Shown in pieces: positions 12,516 through 25,626 of a stretch of DNA of 64,000 nt. This DNA comes from Octopus sinensis (lineage: Eukaryota). The position numbers were made by a program, and so were the translations under genes. Under the pieces are notes generated by a model. It worked only from the letters and a program-made list of their open reading frames with translations. It ran no database searches and was not told the DNA's origin. Where the stretch lies: contig NC_043022.1 in NCBI RefSeq assembly GCF_006345805.1, positions 24,800,001-24,864,000 of the forward strand, read 5' to 3'. Numbering within the stretch: position 1 is the first letter of the stretch; every line of letters starts with the position of its first letter.

Positions 12516-12960
12516 CTCCAATACTGAAACTTGTAATTCCGGCCATTGAGGCAGAGCAACAGAGACGACGACGACGACAACGACAACAACAACAACAACA
12601 ACAATAATAATGGTTTCAAATTTTGGTACAAGGCTAGTGATTTCAGTGAAGGTGGCAGTTGATTACATTGACCCCAGTGTTCAACTGGTACTCATTTCCT
12701 CAACCCTGAAAGGATGAAATGCAAAGTCGACCTCAGTGGAATTTGAACTCAGAGTGTAAAGATGGACGAAATTCTGCTAAGCCTTTTGCCTGGTATGCAA
12801 CAGCTCTGCCAGCTCACCACCTTAACAACAATAATAATAGTTCAGTGACTTCCATGGTAAGTTAAGATTCAAGTACCAACGCTTATAATTTGCGGAAAGA
12901 GACCCTGTGAGACCTCTGACAACAGGTTGCTGTCTGCTCTCACAGAATCAACCAGAATCA

Positions 12961-13003
<43 letters not shown>

Positions 13004-13061
13004 ATAATAATAATGATAATAATAATATAATAATAATATAATAATAATAATAATAATAATA

Positions 13062-13227
13062 GTCAAGGCGACTACAGTACCAATGATTGGAGGATCTCTA
13101 GGAATAATAAAAAAAAGGTACTGAAACCTATTTGGAAATGATTCCAGGCTTACCATCCCTATGGAAAGTGCAAAAAATTGTATTAACTGGAACGGCTCAT
13201 GTACTAAGAAGAGCATTATTGTTGTGA
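13062..13227 (+). pseudogene. R4/Dong-type (REL-endonuclease) non-LTR retrotransposon C-terminus
   Basis: TVPMIGGSLGIIKK/GTETYLEMIPGLPSLWKVQKIVLTGTAHVLRRAL* with one frameshift. Confidence 0.75.
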
Positions 13228-13342
13228 AAACAACATCCATTCATGAATTTATTTATTTATTCATTTTTTTAAAAATTCATATTTAAGCTGTAAATTTGCA
13301 TGTGTAATCTGGAAATGCATACAATGAGCTTCTCTGCCCTAG

Positions 13343-13445
13343 GTGTACGGAAAACACTTGGCGAGAAACGGAAGAAAATTTGAAGAAAGAAGGAAATAAT
13401 AATAATAATAATGACACACAATTAGATGAGCTTGATGTGACCTAG
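13343..13445 (+). CDS. Candidate terminal coding exon (CTENTWRETEENLKKEGNNNNNNDTQLDELDVT*)
   Basis: CTTCTCTGCCCTAG| acceptor, open phase-2 frame to TAG, AATAAA at 13446-13451; phase-compatible with 3314-3350. Confidence 0.45.
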
Positions 13446-14823
13446 AATAAAACAGATTGATTTTGTTTATTGAACTGAACAGTATTTTGATAAAATATCT
13501 GTCTTCTTCAAGTTCAAGATAACAAATGGGAAAATGGAAAATGAACTCAGTCAAATCATTTTGTATAAGTCTGATGGAATTCTGTCATTTTGTTCATCCC
13601 ACCAGGGTGTTAGACTTGTAACTCACAAAGCTATTTATTTTCATGTGTTTTGAGGACAGAGAGTGCAGTGGAGTCGGAATATTTTCTGAAAATGTGTACT
13701 TTTGTGTGTTCCTTAATTTTACTGTTGTTTCATGTAAAATGCTTGGTAATTTTTCTCGAACTAGTGTTATTGGGCCTGACATCAAACCCATGCCCGCAAA
13801 AAGCTTTTGTTTAATTTTTCTGCTGCACATAAGTTGTGTTTGGTGTATTCAGCTCTGTACACCAAATGGAAACCGCTACAAGTTCCACCCGTATAAATAC
13901 TCTTTTTACTTGTTTCAGTCATTTGACTGTGGCCATGCTGGAGCACTGCTTTTAGTGGAGCAGATCGACCCCAGGACTTAATCTTTGTAAGCCTAGTACT
14001 TACTCTATCGGTCTCTTTTCTATTTCTTTACTACCCACAAGGGGCCAAACACAGAGAGGACAAACAAATGGACCAAGTCGATTATATCGATCCCAGTGCG
14101 TTATTTAATTGACCCTGAAAGGATGAAAGGCAAAGTCGACCTCGGCGGAATTTGAACTCAGAATGTAGCGGCAAACGAAATGCTGCTAAGCATTTTGCCC
14201 AGCGTGCTAACGTTTCTGCCAGCTCTATCGGTCTCTTTTGCCGAACCACTAAGTTACGGGGACATAAGTACACCAGCATCGGTTGTCAAGCGATGTTGAG
14301 GGGACAAACAGACACACAAACAAATATATACACACACACATACATACATATATATATATACATACATATATACAACGGGCTTCTTTCAGTTTCCGTCTAC
14401 TAAATTCACTCACAAGGCTTTGGTCAGCCCGAGGCTATAGTAGAAGACACTTGCCCAAGGTGCCATGCAGTGGGACTGAACCCGGAACCATGTGGTTGGA
14501 AAGCAAGCTACATACCACACAGCCACCCCTAACATCCCGTTAGAATTTATAATAGATTTGATCTGAAACATGCTGTTGCACAAAGAACAGGACCTAAAGC
14601 TCTTGCAACTGTTTTTAGGGTACAGCTTTCAATAACCCCAATGGAGTTTTGATTATAATTAGAGGTATTGGTTAGTAGTTGTCTTATATTTTAGTTATGT
14701 TTAAAGGTTAAGTGCATGAGGAAACAGTTCTTTGAAACAGGGATATCTTTGTGAAATATATTGACAATTGTCATTCACTACTTTTGAAATACCTGTGAAA
14801 TTTTGGCGCCAATTAATCATTAA

Positions 14824-15404
14824 CCCTTTAGTATTTGCATTATTCTATCAAAAGTATCATCATCGTTTAACGTCCGTTTTCCATGCTAGCATGGGTTGGA
14901 CGGTTCAACTGGGGTCTGGGAAGCCAGAAGGCTGCGCCAGGCCCAGTCTGATCTGGCAGTGTTTCTACAGCTAGACGCCCTTCCTAAAACCAACCACTCC
15001 GTGAATGTAGTGGGTGCTTTTTATGTGCCACCTGCACAGGTGCCAGACGAGGCTGGCAATGGCCACAATCAGACGGTGCTTTTTATGTGCCACCGGCATG
15101 GAGACCAGTCGGGGTGGCGCTGGCAACGGCCACATTCGGATGGTTCTCTTACGTGCCACCGGCACTGGTATCACAGCTACAATTTCCATTTATGTTGATC
15201 GATTTCAATTTTGATAAAGCTTATTTATTCACATTGTTCTAAATTAATCCTGCATTATCTTGTAGCTTTGGGATTTTGATGAAGTAACTATTCATTTTTG
15301 GAATTATATAGTAGGGCTGGTGTGAGAGGCCAGATCTGGCCATTTTGAATATAAAACAGGGGAGAATATTTTGGCTGGATATGGCTGGTTTAAATGCTAA
15401 AGGA
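14824..15404. mobile_element. piggyBac-type MITE containing an F3 SINE
   Basis: TTAA|CCCTTTAG ... ATGCTAAAGGA|TTAA. Confidence 0.65.
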
Positions 15405-15413
15405 TTAAAGAAA

Positions 15414-15861
15414 TCTCTCTCTATATAAACGGCAGTTTGTCTGTGCGTGTTTCTGTGTGTCTGTTTGGTTGTACCCTCACTCTGACCACGGCTTTCAACC
15501 GATTCTGATGAAACTTGACACACACATAGCCCAATGTCATAATTCAAAACTAACGCAGCGAAAATTTTGAAAAGTTCCCCCAGTTCTGAAAAAGATCGAT
15601 AAATTCGACATGGGGTCGACAATCAGAAACACAAATCGCAGATGGTGTAGGGGACGCAACTTGGCCTTTTTAACTATCAAAAAAAATTTACCATCATTTT
15701 TTTCCCATTTTTTTGCTATTTTTTGGCTATCATCATCATCATTTAACGTCCGCTTTCCATGCTAGCATGGGTTGGACGGGATATAACTCTCTATAACTCT
15801 CTAAAAGTGCTTTATAGTTATTTCCCTTACAAACCCGAGCAACGCCGGGCGATACTGCTAG
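15414..15861 (+). mobile_element. Non-autonomous Helitron, apparently full length
   Basis: A|TC 5' start, 3' hairpin CCCGAGCAACGCCGGG followed by CTAG|T; short F3 fragment inserted near 15730-15780. Confidence 0.8.
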
Positions 15862-16128
15862 TTCAGTCATAAATTTTACTTTGACTGCTATAATTTGGTA
15901 TGAAAGTTTGACATTCATCGTTAATTTTAATTGTGCCATTTTTGATTTTCTTCAATTGTGATTCACTATAAATTGCATTCAAAGAAGGCAGACATACTGT
16001 CGAAGTATTTTCAGTTTGGTAAACAAAGTCAATTTGCATTTTATTGCTTTCCTAATAGTGCATTTACCTTCATGGACAGTTACATCAATCTTCGTAATTT
16101 AATAATAATGATAATAATAATAATAATA

Positions 16129-16165
<37 letters not shown>

Positions 16166-16319
16166 TGTGCTAGTGCATGCATATACAGCTGCATGTGTGC
16201 GCACATACACGCGAGTACTGTCCAAATCTCTGACCACCCACATACAGTTAGCTGGCATTCAATTGGTGTATCAGGTTTAGGGCATTTGATTGGGTTTTGG
16301 ATAAAAAATCAACAATAAA

Positions 16320-16495
16320 GTCACTTATATTGATTTTTTAATGGCTTTGCGGGGTGACTGGGGAAATGTAAAGATGTGCATGACCACCCTTGGATGGTTT
16401 TGAATGACCATAGAAAGTGCAAGCTCTCTAACTGAAAAATTGTGGATTTGTATAAAGGACACACACACAGACATTTTGCCGTTTATATATATAGA

Positions 16496-16497
<2 letters not shown>
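16320..16497 (-). mobile_element. Helitron 5' fragment related to 15414-15861
   Basis: Minus strand TCTATATATATAAACGGCAAAATGTCTGTG matches the start of the 15414 element. Confidence 0.55.
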
Positions 16498-16543
<46 letters not shown>

Positions 16544-16547
16544 TGTA

Positions 16548-17110
16548 ATAAATGCCCTGATGCAGTACCAGGCAGTGGCTCTCATGGCTTCTGATCTTAA
16601 CTGATCGGAAGTGTTATCATGTACATTGTTTTGTCTTGGTATAAAAGATGGGCTACAGCAAATATTCTGCTCAATACCACAGATTTGCTTGTCAGTTGTT
16701 TGACCATAACAGGTTGAGTATGTCCCTTGGTGGCTGATGATATGGGCATCTCTGATCACGAGAAGAAGTAGTGGGGGAGCATCATAACCATGTGTTGAGA
16801 GGGATTCTTTGGGGTTTGAATAATTCACCTCTGGAAACATGTGTGTTTCGTTCAACATCCTTAACCAACCCTTATTCAGGGACCTTTTGAGCGGGATGGA
16901 CTACTCGACCAGAAGAAAATTATAACTGGGCCCCACCGGCAAGGTCATGTGCTGTTTATCTTGATATAAGATCACTATATCGCGCACATATGGTTGTGAT
17001 GCATGCGCCTAGTGTACCCTTATCAGACGTGTAGTCATGATGGGTATACTGGGCTTTGTATACTTTACTCCAGTGTCACTTTGATGGCATGCGCTCTCAC
17101 ACTCAATAAT
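16548..17110 (+). mobile_element. Interspersed repeat family F4 with (AAT)n tail
   Basis: Closely similar second copy at ~37750-38225. Confidence 0.75.
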
Positions 17111-17784
17111 AATAATAATTGTAATAATAATAATAATAACAATGATAATAATAATTATAATAATAATAATAATCATCATCGTTTAACATCCGCTTTCCAT
17201 GCTAGCATGGGTTGGACGATTTGACTGAGGACTGGTGAACCAGATGGCTGCACCAGGCTCCAATCTGATCTGGCAGAGTTTCTACAGCTGGTTGCCCTTC
17301 CTAATGCCAACCACTCGGAGTGTGTAGTGGGAGCTTTTACGTGCCATCAGGCAGTAACAATAATAATAATAATAATAACAATGGTTTCAAATTTTGCCAC
17401 AAGGGCAACCACTTTGGGGGACAGGACAAATCAATTAAATCGACTCCCAGTGTTTCACTAGTACTTAATTTACCGACCCTGGAAAGGTGAAAGACAAAGT
17501 TGACCTTGGCAGAATTTGAACTTAGAGCATGAAGATGGACATAATGCTGGTAAGTATTTTGCCCAGCATGCTAACAATTCTGCCAGCTCGCAGCCTTGAT
17601 AATACTAATAGTAATGATAACGATGATAATAATAATGGTTTCAAATTTTGGCACAAGGCCAGCAAGTTCCGGGGAGGAGGTAAGTCAATTATATCAACCC
17701 CAGTATTCAACTGGTACTTATTTTATTGACCCCACCACCACCAGAAGGATGAAAGACAAAAGCTGATCGCAGTGAAATTTTAAC

Positions 17785-17846
<62 letters not shown>

Positions 17847-17904
17847 GTTTTTGTTGTTGTTGTTGTTATTATTATTGTTGTTATTATCGTTATTGTTATT
17901 GTTA

Positions 17905-17939
<35 letters not shown>

Positions 17940-17957
17940 GTTTTTATTATTGTTATT

Positions 17958-17990
<33 letters not shown>

Positions 17991-18020
17991 ATTATTATTG
18001 TTATTATTATTATTGTTATT

Positions 18021-18053
<33 letters not shown>

Positions 18054-18090
18054 ATTATTATTGTTGTTATTATCGTTATTGTTATTGTTA

Positions 18091-18125
<35 letters not shown>

Positions 18126-18143
18126 GTTTTTATTATTGTTATT

Positions 18144-18176
<33 letters not shown>

Positions 18177-18255
18177 ATTATTATTGTTATTATTATTATT
18201 ATTATAATTGCTGTTGTTGTTGTTGTTGTTGTTGTTATTATTATTATTATTAAAT
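17785..18255. repeat. (ATT)n/(GTT)n compound microsatellite with higher-order duplication
   Basis: Read directly; source of the poly-N and poly-L ORFs. Confidence 0.95.
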
Positions 18256-18736
18256 TGAGAATTATTAAAAAAATACATTCAGGAAGTATAAAATTTTTTT
18301 AGCAAAAAGCAACAATAACTGCAATAAAAATCTCAATAAATAAAATGGAAAAAATCAATTGTTACACATTTTCCGATATGTATTTCTAATTTGTGCTACA
18401 GAAATGATAAATCTGCAATGTATGGTGTGAAATCGTTACTTAACAATGTAGTCATTAATTAAAAGCAAAATCAATAATTAGTGTTATCATTGCAATGTAA
18501 TTATCAATTGAATGTTTAGCGACAATGAATGAAAATTCGTAGGACAGGGTGTGTTGGGATGTGGAGTGTGGCGGTGGTGGTGGTGGCGGTGGTGGTGGTG
18601 GCGGTGGTGGTGGTGGCGGTGGTGGTGGTGGTGGTGGTGGGTTGGGTAGGAGGAAGGAAAGTGAGATGAGGATGTTGGGGTAGTATCAGAAACAGTTGTT
18701 GAATGAATTACAGAGCGAGCAATAAATATTAATACC

Positions 18737-18775
<39 letters not shown>

Positions 18776-19008
18776 TTTTTTTTTATTACCCACAAGGGGC
18801 TAAAACATAGACGGGACAAACAAGGACAGACACACAGATTAAGACGATTACATCAACCCCAGTGCGAAACTGGTACTTTATTTATCGACCCTGAAAGGAT
18901 GAAAGACAAAGTCGACCTAGGTGGAATTTGAACTCAGAACGCAGCGGCAGACGAAATACCAGAAAGTATTTCGCCCGGTGTGCTAACGTTTCTGCCAGCT
19001 TGCCGCCT

Positions 19009-19039
<31 letters not shown>

Positions 19040-19659
19040 TAATAATAATAATGGTTTCAAATTTTGGGACACAGCCAGCAACTTCGGAGGACCCCAGTGT
19101 TCTACTGGTACTTATTTTATTGACCCCAAAAGGATGGAAGGCAAAGTTGACCTTAACAGAATTTGAACTCTGAACATTAAGACAGATGAAATGGCGCTAA
19201 GCATTTCACCTGGCATGCTAATGATTCTGCCATTTTGCCACATTAATAATAATGATGATGATGAGGATGATTTAGGCTCAAGGTCAGAGCAATACTAATA
19301 ACACTCGTTTGAAATTTTGGCACAAGGGCTGCAATTTTGAAGGAAGGGAGCAACTCGATTTCATCGATTCCAGTGCTTGATTAGGACCTATTTTATTGAT
19401 TCCAAAAAGATGAATTTGAATTCATTATCATCATCATCGTTTAATGTCCGCTTTCCATGCTAGCATGGGTTGGACGATTTGACTGAGGACTGCCGAACCA
19501 GATAACTGGAGCAGGCTCCAATCTGATCTGGCAGAGTTTCTACAGCTGGATGCCCTTCCTAATGCCAACCACTCCGAGAGTGTAGTGGGTGCTTTTACAT
19601 GTCACCGGCAAGAGGGCCAGTCAGGCAGTACTGGCAACAGCCACGCTCAAATTATGCTT

Positions 19660-20205
19660 TTTACCATGTAATCGACTTAATCCGTTTGTCTGTCCTTGTT
19701 TGTCCCCTCTGTGTTTAGCCCCTTGTGGGTAGTAAAGAAATAGGTATTTTATCTGCTGCTGTGTTCTGAGTTCAAATTTCGCTGAGGTCAACTTTGCTTT
19801 TCATCCTTTCAAGGTTGATTAAATAAGTACCAGTTACGCACCAGGGTCGATATAATTGACTTAATTTGTTTGTCCCCTCTGTGTGTAGCCCCTTGTGGGC
19901 AGTAAAGAAATAAGATGTAGTTCCACACTCCTCAAAACCATGTAATCGACTTAATCCGTTTGTCTGTCCTTGTTTGTCCCTTCTGTATTTAGCCCCTTGT
20001 GGGTAGTAAAGAAATAGGTATTTCATCTGCCGCTATGTTCTGAGTTCAAATTTCGCCGAGGTCAACTTTGCCTTTCATCCTTTCGGTTTCGGGGTCGATA
20101 AATTAAGTACCAGGTATGCACTGGGGTTAATGTAATCAATTTAATCCCTTTGTCTGTCCTTGTTTGTCCACTCTATGTTTTGCCCCTTGTGGGCAATAAA
20201 GAGAT
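19660..20205 (+). mobile_element. Head-to-tail multimer of F2 SINE bodies
   Basis: Repeated junction AAAGAAATAG|GTATTT..TCTG; similar multimers on the minus strand at 26500-26910, 52380-52805 and 55585-55990. Confidence 0.85.
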
Positions 20206-21288
20206 ATAAGATTAACAAACTCAGTTACATGTTGAAGATTTAAAGGAATTAGTGATATATATTGGGTTTTCCTATACAACACTCAAACATATATATAGAT
20301 GTAGGTATGTATATATGTGTGTGTGTGTTTGTGTGTGTATGTGTGTCTTTATATGTATTGATGTTTTCTACATGTACTTACAATTATTTACATATACATA
20401 CACACCCAAGATCAAACACTTTCTATCTGCCGAGGAGATTAAAAGTGTAGAGCAAAGTACCTTGCTCAAGAGATAAAGTAAATATGTTCACATAAACGTG
20501 TGTTCGTATAACTGAGTGCATATATTTAAATCTATACACATGCACTAACATTTGAGTGACATTTTACCCCCGCCACTTTCACTCAACAGTAGCAACAACA
20601 ACTTGAAAACACTTGAAAGAAACTACGACAACAACAAGTACTACCATAGCAACAACAAATGCAGTAACCACACCTTCACAACATCCTTAACAATTCCACA
20701 ACCAGGATCACCACCGCCGCCACCACCACCACCACCACAACTACCGCCGCCACTGCCATCGCCACCACCACCACCGCCACCACCACCATCACCACCACCA
20801 CAACCACTGCCACCACCGACACCATCACCACCACAACCACCGCCACCACCACACCACCACAATAACAGCATCTGTTATAGCAATTGTAAAGCCCAGTATT
20901 TCTTAAACCAGAGGAATTGAACCTGCAATCTAATGATCTTAATCTGATCATTATTAACCATTGGGCCATGCTCCTTCACCAAATAGCAAGGCCACACAAA
21001 CGCATGTGCGTATGCATGCACACACGCATGCATACACGCATACATGCATAGATAGATAGATAGATTGAAAGCAAGCTACTTACCACAGAGCCACACACAC
21101 ATACACACACACACATAACTACATATGTACCATATATATTCCATATATCTCTGTGTGTGATAACGTATATGTATTATGTGTATGTCTGTTTAGCTAGTTG
21201 TATGTAATCTATATAGACATATATACACACACTGATATAAATATTTATTCACGTATGAAAGTGAATATACAGTATGTATATATATAAT

Positions 21289-21343
<55 letters not shown>

Positions 21344-21426
21344 TATATATATTTGTGTGTGTGTGTGAGTGTATGTACATAGGTATATGTATCTCTCTCT
21401 CTCTCTCTCTCTCCATATATATATAT

Positions 21427-21457
<31 letters not shown>

Positions 21458-21478
21458 CATATATATATATACATATAA

Positions 21479-21533
<55 letters not shown>

Positions 21534-21590
21534 CATATAAATATATATACATACATATAAATATATATATACATATAAATATATACATAC

Positions 21591-21644
<54 letters not shown>

Positions 21645-21922
21645 TATATATTATATATATACACATATATACATACATACATACATAATATATACTCACA
21701 CACACACATGCTTGTCAATGTTTTAGAGCGATATAAAGAGTTTTTCAAGTGAACATTAATTGTAAAATTAGTTTCATTGTATACAAGGAGTGACTGAGTC
21801 TAATAGATGTCACGTAATATCGTATCGAAGAATTTCAGATCAAGACATCAAATTTTTATTATCAAACAAACAAGGAAATGTACAAAATGTTTTAAATCAT
21901 CGTCTATGTATGCTAATTTACA

Positions 21923-23264
21923 GCTATTTAGAGCTTTTATATCCAGAAAATGTGTCTCAAGAACAACCACCTACACTTTATCCTGTTTGACACAGTATTT
22001 CCTAATATTATTGATGAAAAGAACATGAAGATGTAAGTGGAGAATGGTGAAAGGTATCTTTGAAAGAGAGTAAAATTTTAGAACAGTAGAAATATTGGCA
22101 TTATATTGTTATAGTGGAGGCGCAATGGCCCAGTGGTTAGGACAGCGGACTCGTGGTTGTAGGATCGCGGTTTCGATTCCCAGACCGGGCATTGTGAGTG
22201 TTTATTGAGCGAAAACACCTAAAACTTCACAAGGCTCCTGCAAGGGGTGGTGGTGAACCCTGCTGTACTCTTTCACCACAACTTTCTCTCACTCTTTCTT
22301 CCTGTTTCTGTTGTACCTGTATTTCAAAGGGCCAGCCTTGTCACGCTCTGTGTCACGCTGAATCTCCTCGAGAACTACGTTAAGGGTACACGTGTCTGCG
22401 GAGTGCTCAGCCACTTGCACGTTAATTCCACGAGCAAGCTGTTCCGTTGATCGTATCAGCTGGGACCCTCATCGTCGTAACCGACGGAGTGCTCTTATAT
22501 ATTGTTATAATTCAGGATGGACATTTTTTTAAATATATTCTTGTCAAATAAACACATGCACTACATATATTTATATGTTTTTTTTTTGTTTTTTTTTTTA
22601 CTTGTTTCAGTCATTTTGACTGCGGCCATGCTGGAGCACCGCCTTTAATCGAGCTACTCAACCCCGGGACTTATTCTTTGTAAGCCCAGTACTTATTCTA
22701 CCGGTCTGTTTTGCCGAACCGCTAAGTGACGGGGACATAAACACACCAGCATCGGTTGTCAAGCGATGCTAGGGGGACAAACACAGACACACAAACATAT
22801 ACACACACATACACATACATATATATATATATATACATACATACGATGGGTTTCTTTCAGTTTCCGTCTACCAAATCCACTCACAAGGATTTGGTCGGCC
22901 CTAGGCTATAGTAGAAGACACTTGCCCAAGGTGCCACGCAAAAGGACTGAACCCGGAACCATGTGGTTGGTAAACAAGGTACTTACCACACAGCCACTCC
23001 TGCGCCTATTATATATATTTATTCTTCACTTGTTTATTATTGTTCTTATTATATGTCCATTGTCTGGAAGACTTTTGTCACACACCTGTGACCTCTTGAG
23101 CATCTCTACATCCCAAGTGCCCCCCTCCTATTCTGTTTAGTCCATTGTCTTTCTACGATGTGTATCCTTATCTGCACATGCATTTGTGTCTGTATCTGTG
23201 TTTGTGTGTGTGTGTGTGAGTATGTGTGTGTGTTTTTATCTGTGTGTGTGAGCGAGTTAGCGAG

Positions 23265-23354
<90 letters not shown>

Positions 23355-24240
23355 TGCATGTACATGTGTCTGTATTTTGTATGTGTGTTTTGTGTGTATA
23401 TGAGTTTGCTTACTAAACTATTATATAGCATTATATTTCTGAAGAAAATCTCTGGAGATAAACTTTTGTTTGCCATTTATCCTGAGAGTAATGATAAACT
23501 TACTATTATTGCTTTTTGCTCTATTTGTATCAGAAACTTTGTTTACTGTGGTAAACAATATAACTGCCTAAAAAGATTGTCCCTGACTAAGTATGAAAGC
23601 TCTTAATTCTTTATTACAGAGGAAAAGTTTTTTTAAATATCATGTTATGGACTGAATGGCAAGCATTTGAAAGATGTTGAAAAGAAATGAAAATAAAACA
23701 AACACACTAAATTTTATATCAATGAAGAAGAAAAAAACCATAAAATTTTTAATAAAATGAAGTTTGTTATGACTTTTTAAAAAAATTTAATCTGGTTAAA
23801 TTAGAGCTTTTGGAAAATTGTGGAAAATTATTTAGTAATATCCAAACAAATGATTGGGTAATCACGGTGGAAGAATTTGTGTAATACTTTTCATAGGTAA
23901 AGAATTATTTTGTTGGTAGTATCTAAGTTTAAATGGGTTTGCTGTTAGTCTGATGTAATCAAGCTTTTGTGGTTAATGTTAGATTTAACTGTAGCTGAAT
24001 AGATAAGTGATTTTGCAAGACAGCATTACCTGCTCATAAATTTGATAATTGGCAGTTACATATCATAACAGTGGACACTAAGGAGGTTTGTTAGTGTGGA
24101 GTAGCTCTATTTAAGTGCGTTTGGGTTGAAGATTTTGCAATAATGATGTACAACAGTGAAATAATTTCTTACAAGACAAAGTAATGTTTTCCAATCAAGG
24201 TATACTGACACTTAATGAAGAAAGTGTGTTAAACCATAAG
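21923..24240 (+). pseudogene. Decayed LRR-protein-like gene, unit A
   Basis: Exon 21923-22032 ends ATG AAG AT|GTAAGT and joins in frame to a TAG| acceptor at 23428 (MKIIIFLKK..NDKLTII..LKRLSLTKY..FNKMKFV..IVENYL); many stops; paralogous to unit B. Confidence 0.45.
22114..22497 (+). mobile_element. tRNA(Arg)-like-headed SINE, tail type b, with 12-bp TSD
   Basis: TSD TATATTGTTATA at 22102-22113 and 22498-22509; second copy at ~55000-55380. Confidence 0.9.
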
Positions 24241-25448
24241 ACCTTTCTCTTGCACATCGTTCCACCTAGCGTGATCGTTGCCAGAGCAACAAACTGGCTT
24301 CCATGCTGGTGGCATGCAAAAAGCACCATTCGAGCGTGATTGTTACCTGCGTCGCCTCACTGGCACTTGTGCTGGTGGCACGTGAAAAAATATTCAAGCA
24401 AGGTCGTTGCCAGTGCCGCTGGACTGGCTCCTGTGCAGGTGGCACATAAAAAGCACCATTTGAGCATGGCCATTGTCAGTACTGCCTGAATGGCCCTCGT
24501 GCCGGTGGCATGTAAAAGCACCCACTACACTCTTGGGGTGGTTGGCATTAGGAAGGGCATCCAGCTGTAGAAACTCTGCCAGATCAGACTGGAGCCTGCT
24601 GCAGCCATCTGATTCACCAGACCTCAGTCAAATCGTCTAACCCATGCTAGCATGGAAAGCGGACGTTAAACCATGATGATGATGATGATGATGATGTATA
24701 TTTGTAAAATTCAGTTGTTTCTTTGAAACCACTGGAAGCTGGGCCAGTATTATATACATTTGTTATTCTATTAAACAAGGTTTCATTGTAAGAGGTAGCT
24801 GAGGTTATCTTACTTGTTTAGGCAAAGTATATTTCTAAATGCTGGGTAAAGATGTAAAGTAAAGATGTGTATAAATAAAAATGATGGTTGAATACTTGGG
24901 TGGGATTCATTGTAATTAAGATTAAATATTACATATAAAATACTGAATACCTTTATATTATGGCTTATAAGATTTTGCATCAATTCATTAAATATCTTGA
25001 TAATGTTTTTCCTGAATTTTCTTACTTGCTGGTTGTTGATATTTTTAGCAGTTGATAAGTTGTTATGTGTTTAAATGCCACTATTAGTCAACTGGTATTA
25101 ATTTTGGATCAAGTTTGAAATACATATAGAGCTTACAAAAAATGAAATTTCTATGGTGTCTCCAACGTCCTTGCTTATATAGAAAAGTTCTGTACCATGA
25201 TTTTTTAAATCTCTATACTATTATTGTAAAAAAGCATAGATATAGTGTGTGATATCAGTTCCCAATTTTGGCACAAGGCCAGCGATTTTAGGGGAGAGGA
25301 TAAGTCAAATACATCAATCCTAGTGTTCAACTGGTACTTATTTTATCAACCCCAGAAGGATGAAAAGAGAGTCGACCTTAGCAGACTTTGAACTCAGAAC
25401 ACAGACAGATAAAATGCTGTTAACAATTCTGCTAGCTCACTGCCTTAA

Positions 25449-25626
25449 CACTTTTGTTACCAACCCGGCTGAAACCAGCTCTGGTTCTGTAGAAAAAATG
25501 TCTTGTTTTCATAAGTTTTGGAATTAAAATCTTCCACCAAACCTTAGTCACAATTTATGTTCCTAAAACTAGCTGGTAATTGAAAGAAACACAGAGCATC
25601 TCAAAATAAATACAGTAACAAAAGGG
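25449..25626. mobile_element. piggyBac-type MITE (internally deleted copy)
   Basis: TTAA flanks, TIR C(A)CTTTTGTTAC / GTAACAAAAGGG; longer copy at 60862-61080. Confidence 0.8.

Noticed and set aside
21780-22040. LRR-like reading on the minus strand (LNSCKLAYIDDD..)
   Set aside because: Comparison with the paralogue at 27225-27335 favours the plus frame, and AT-rich DNA produces LRR-like strings easily.
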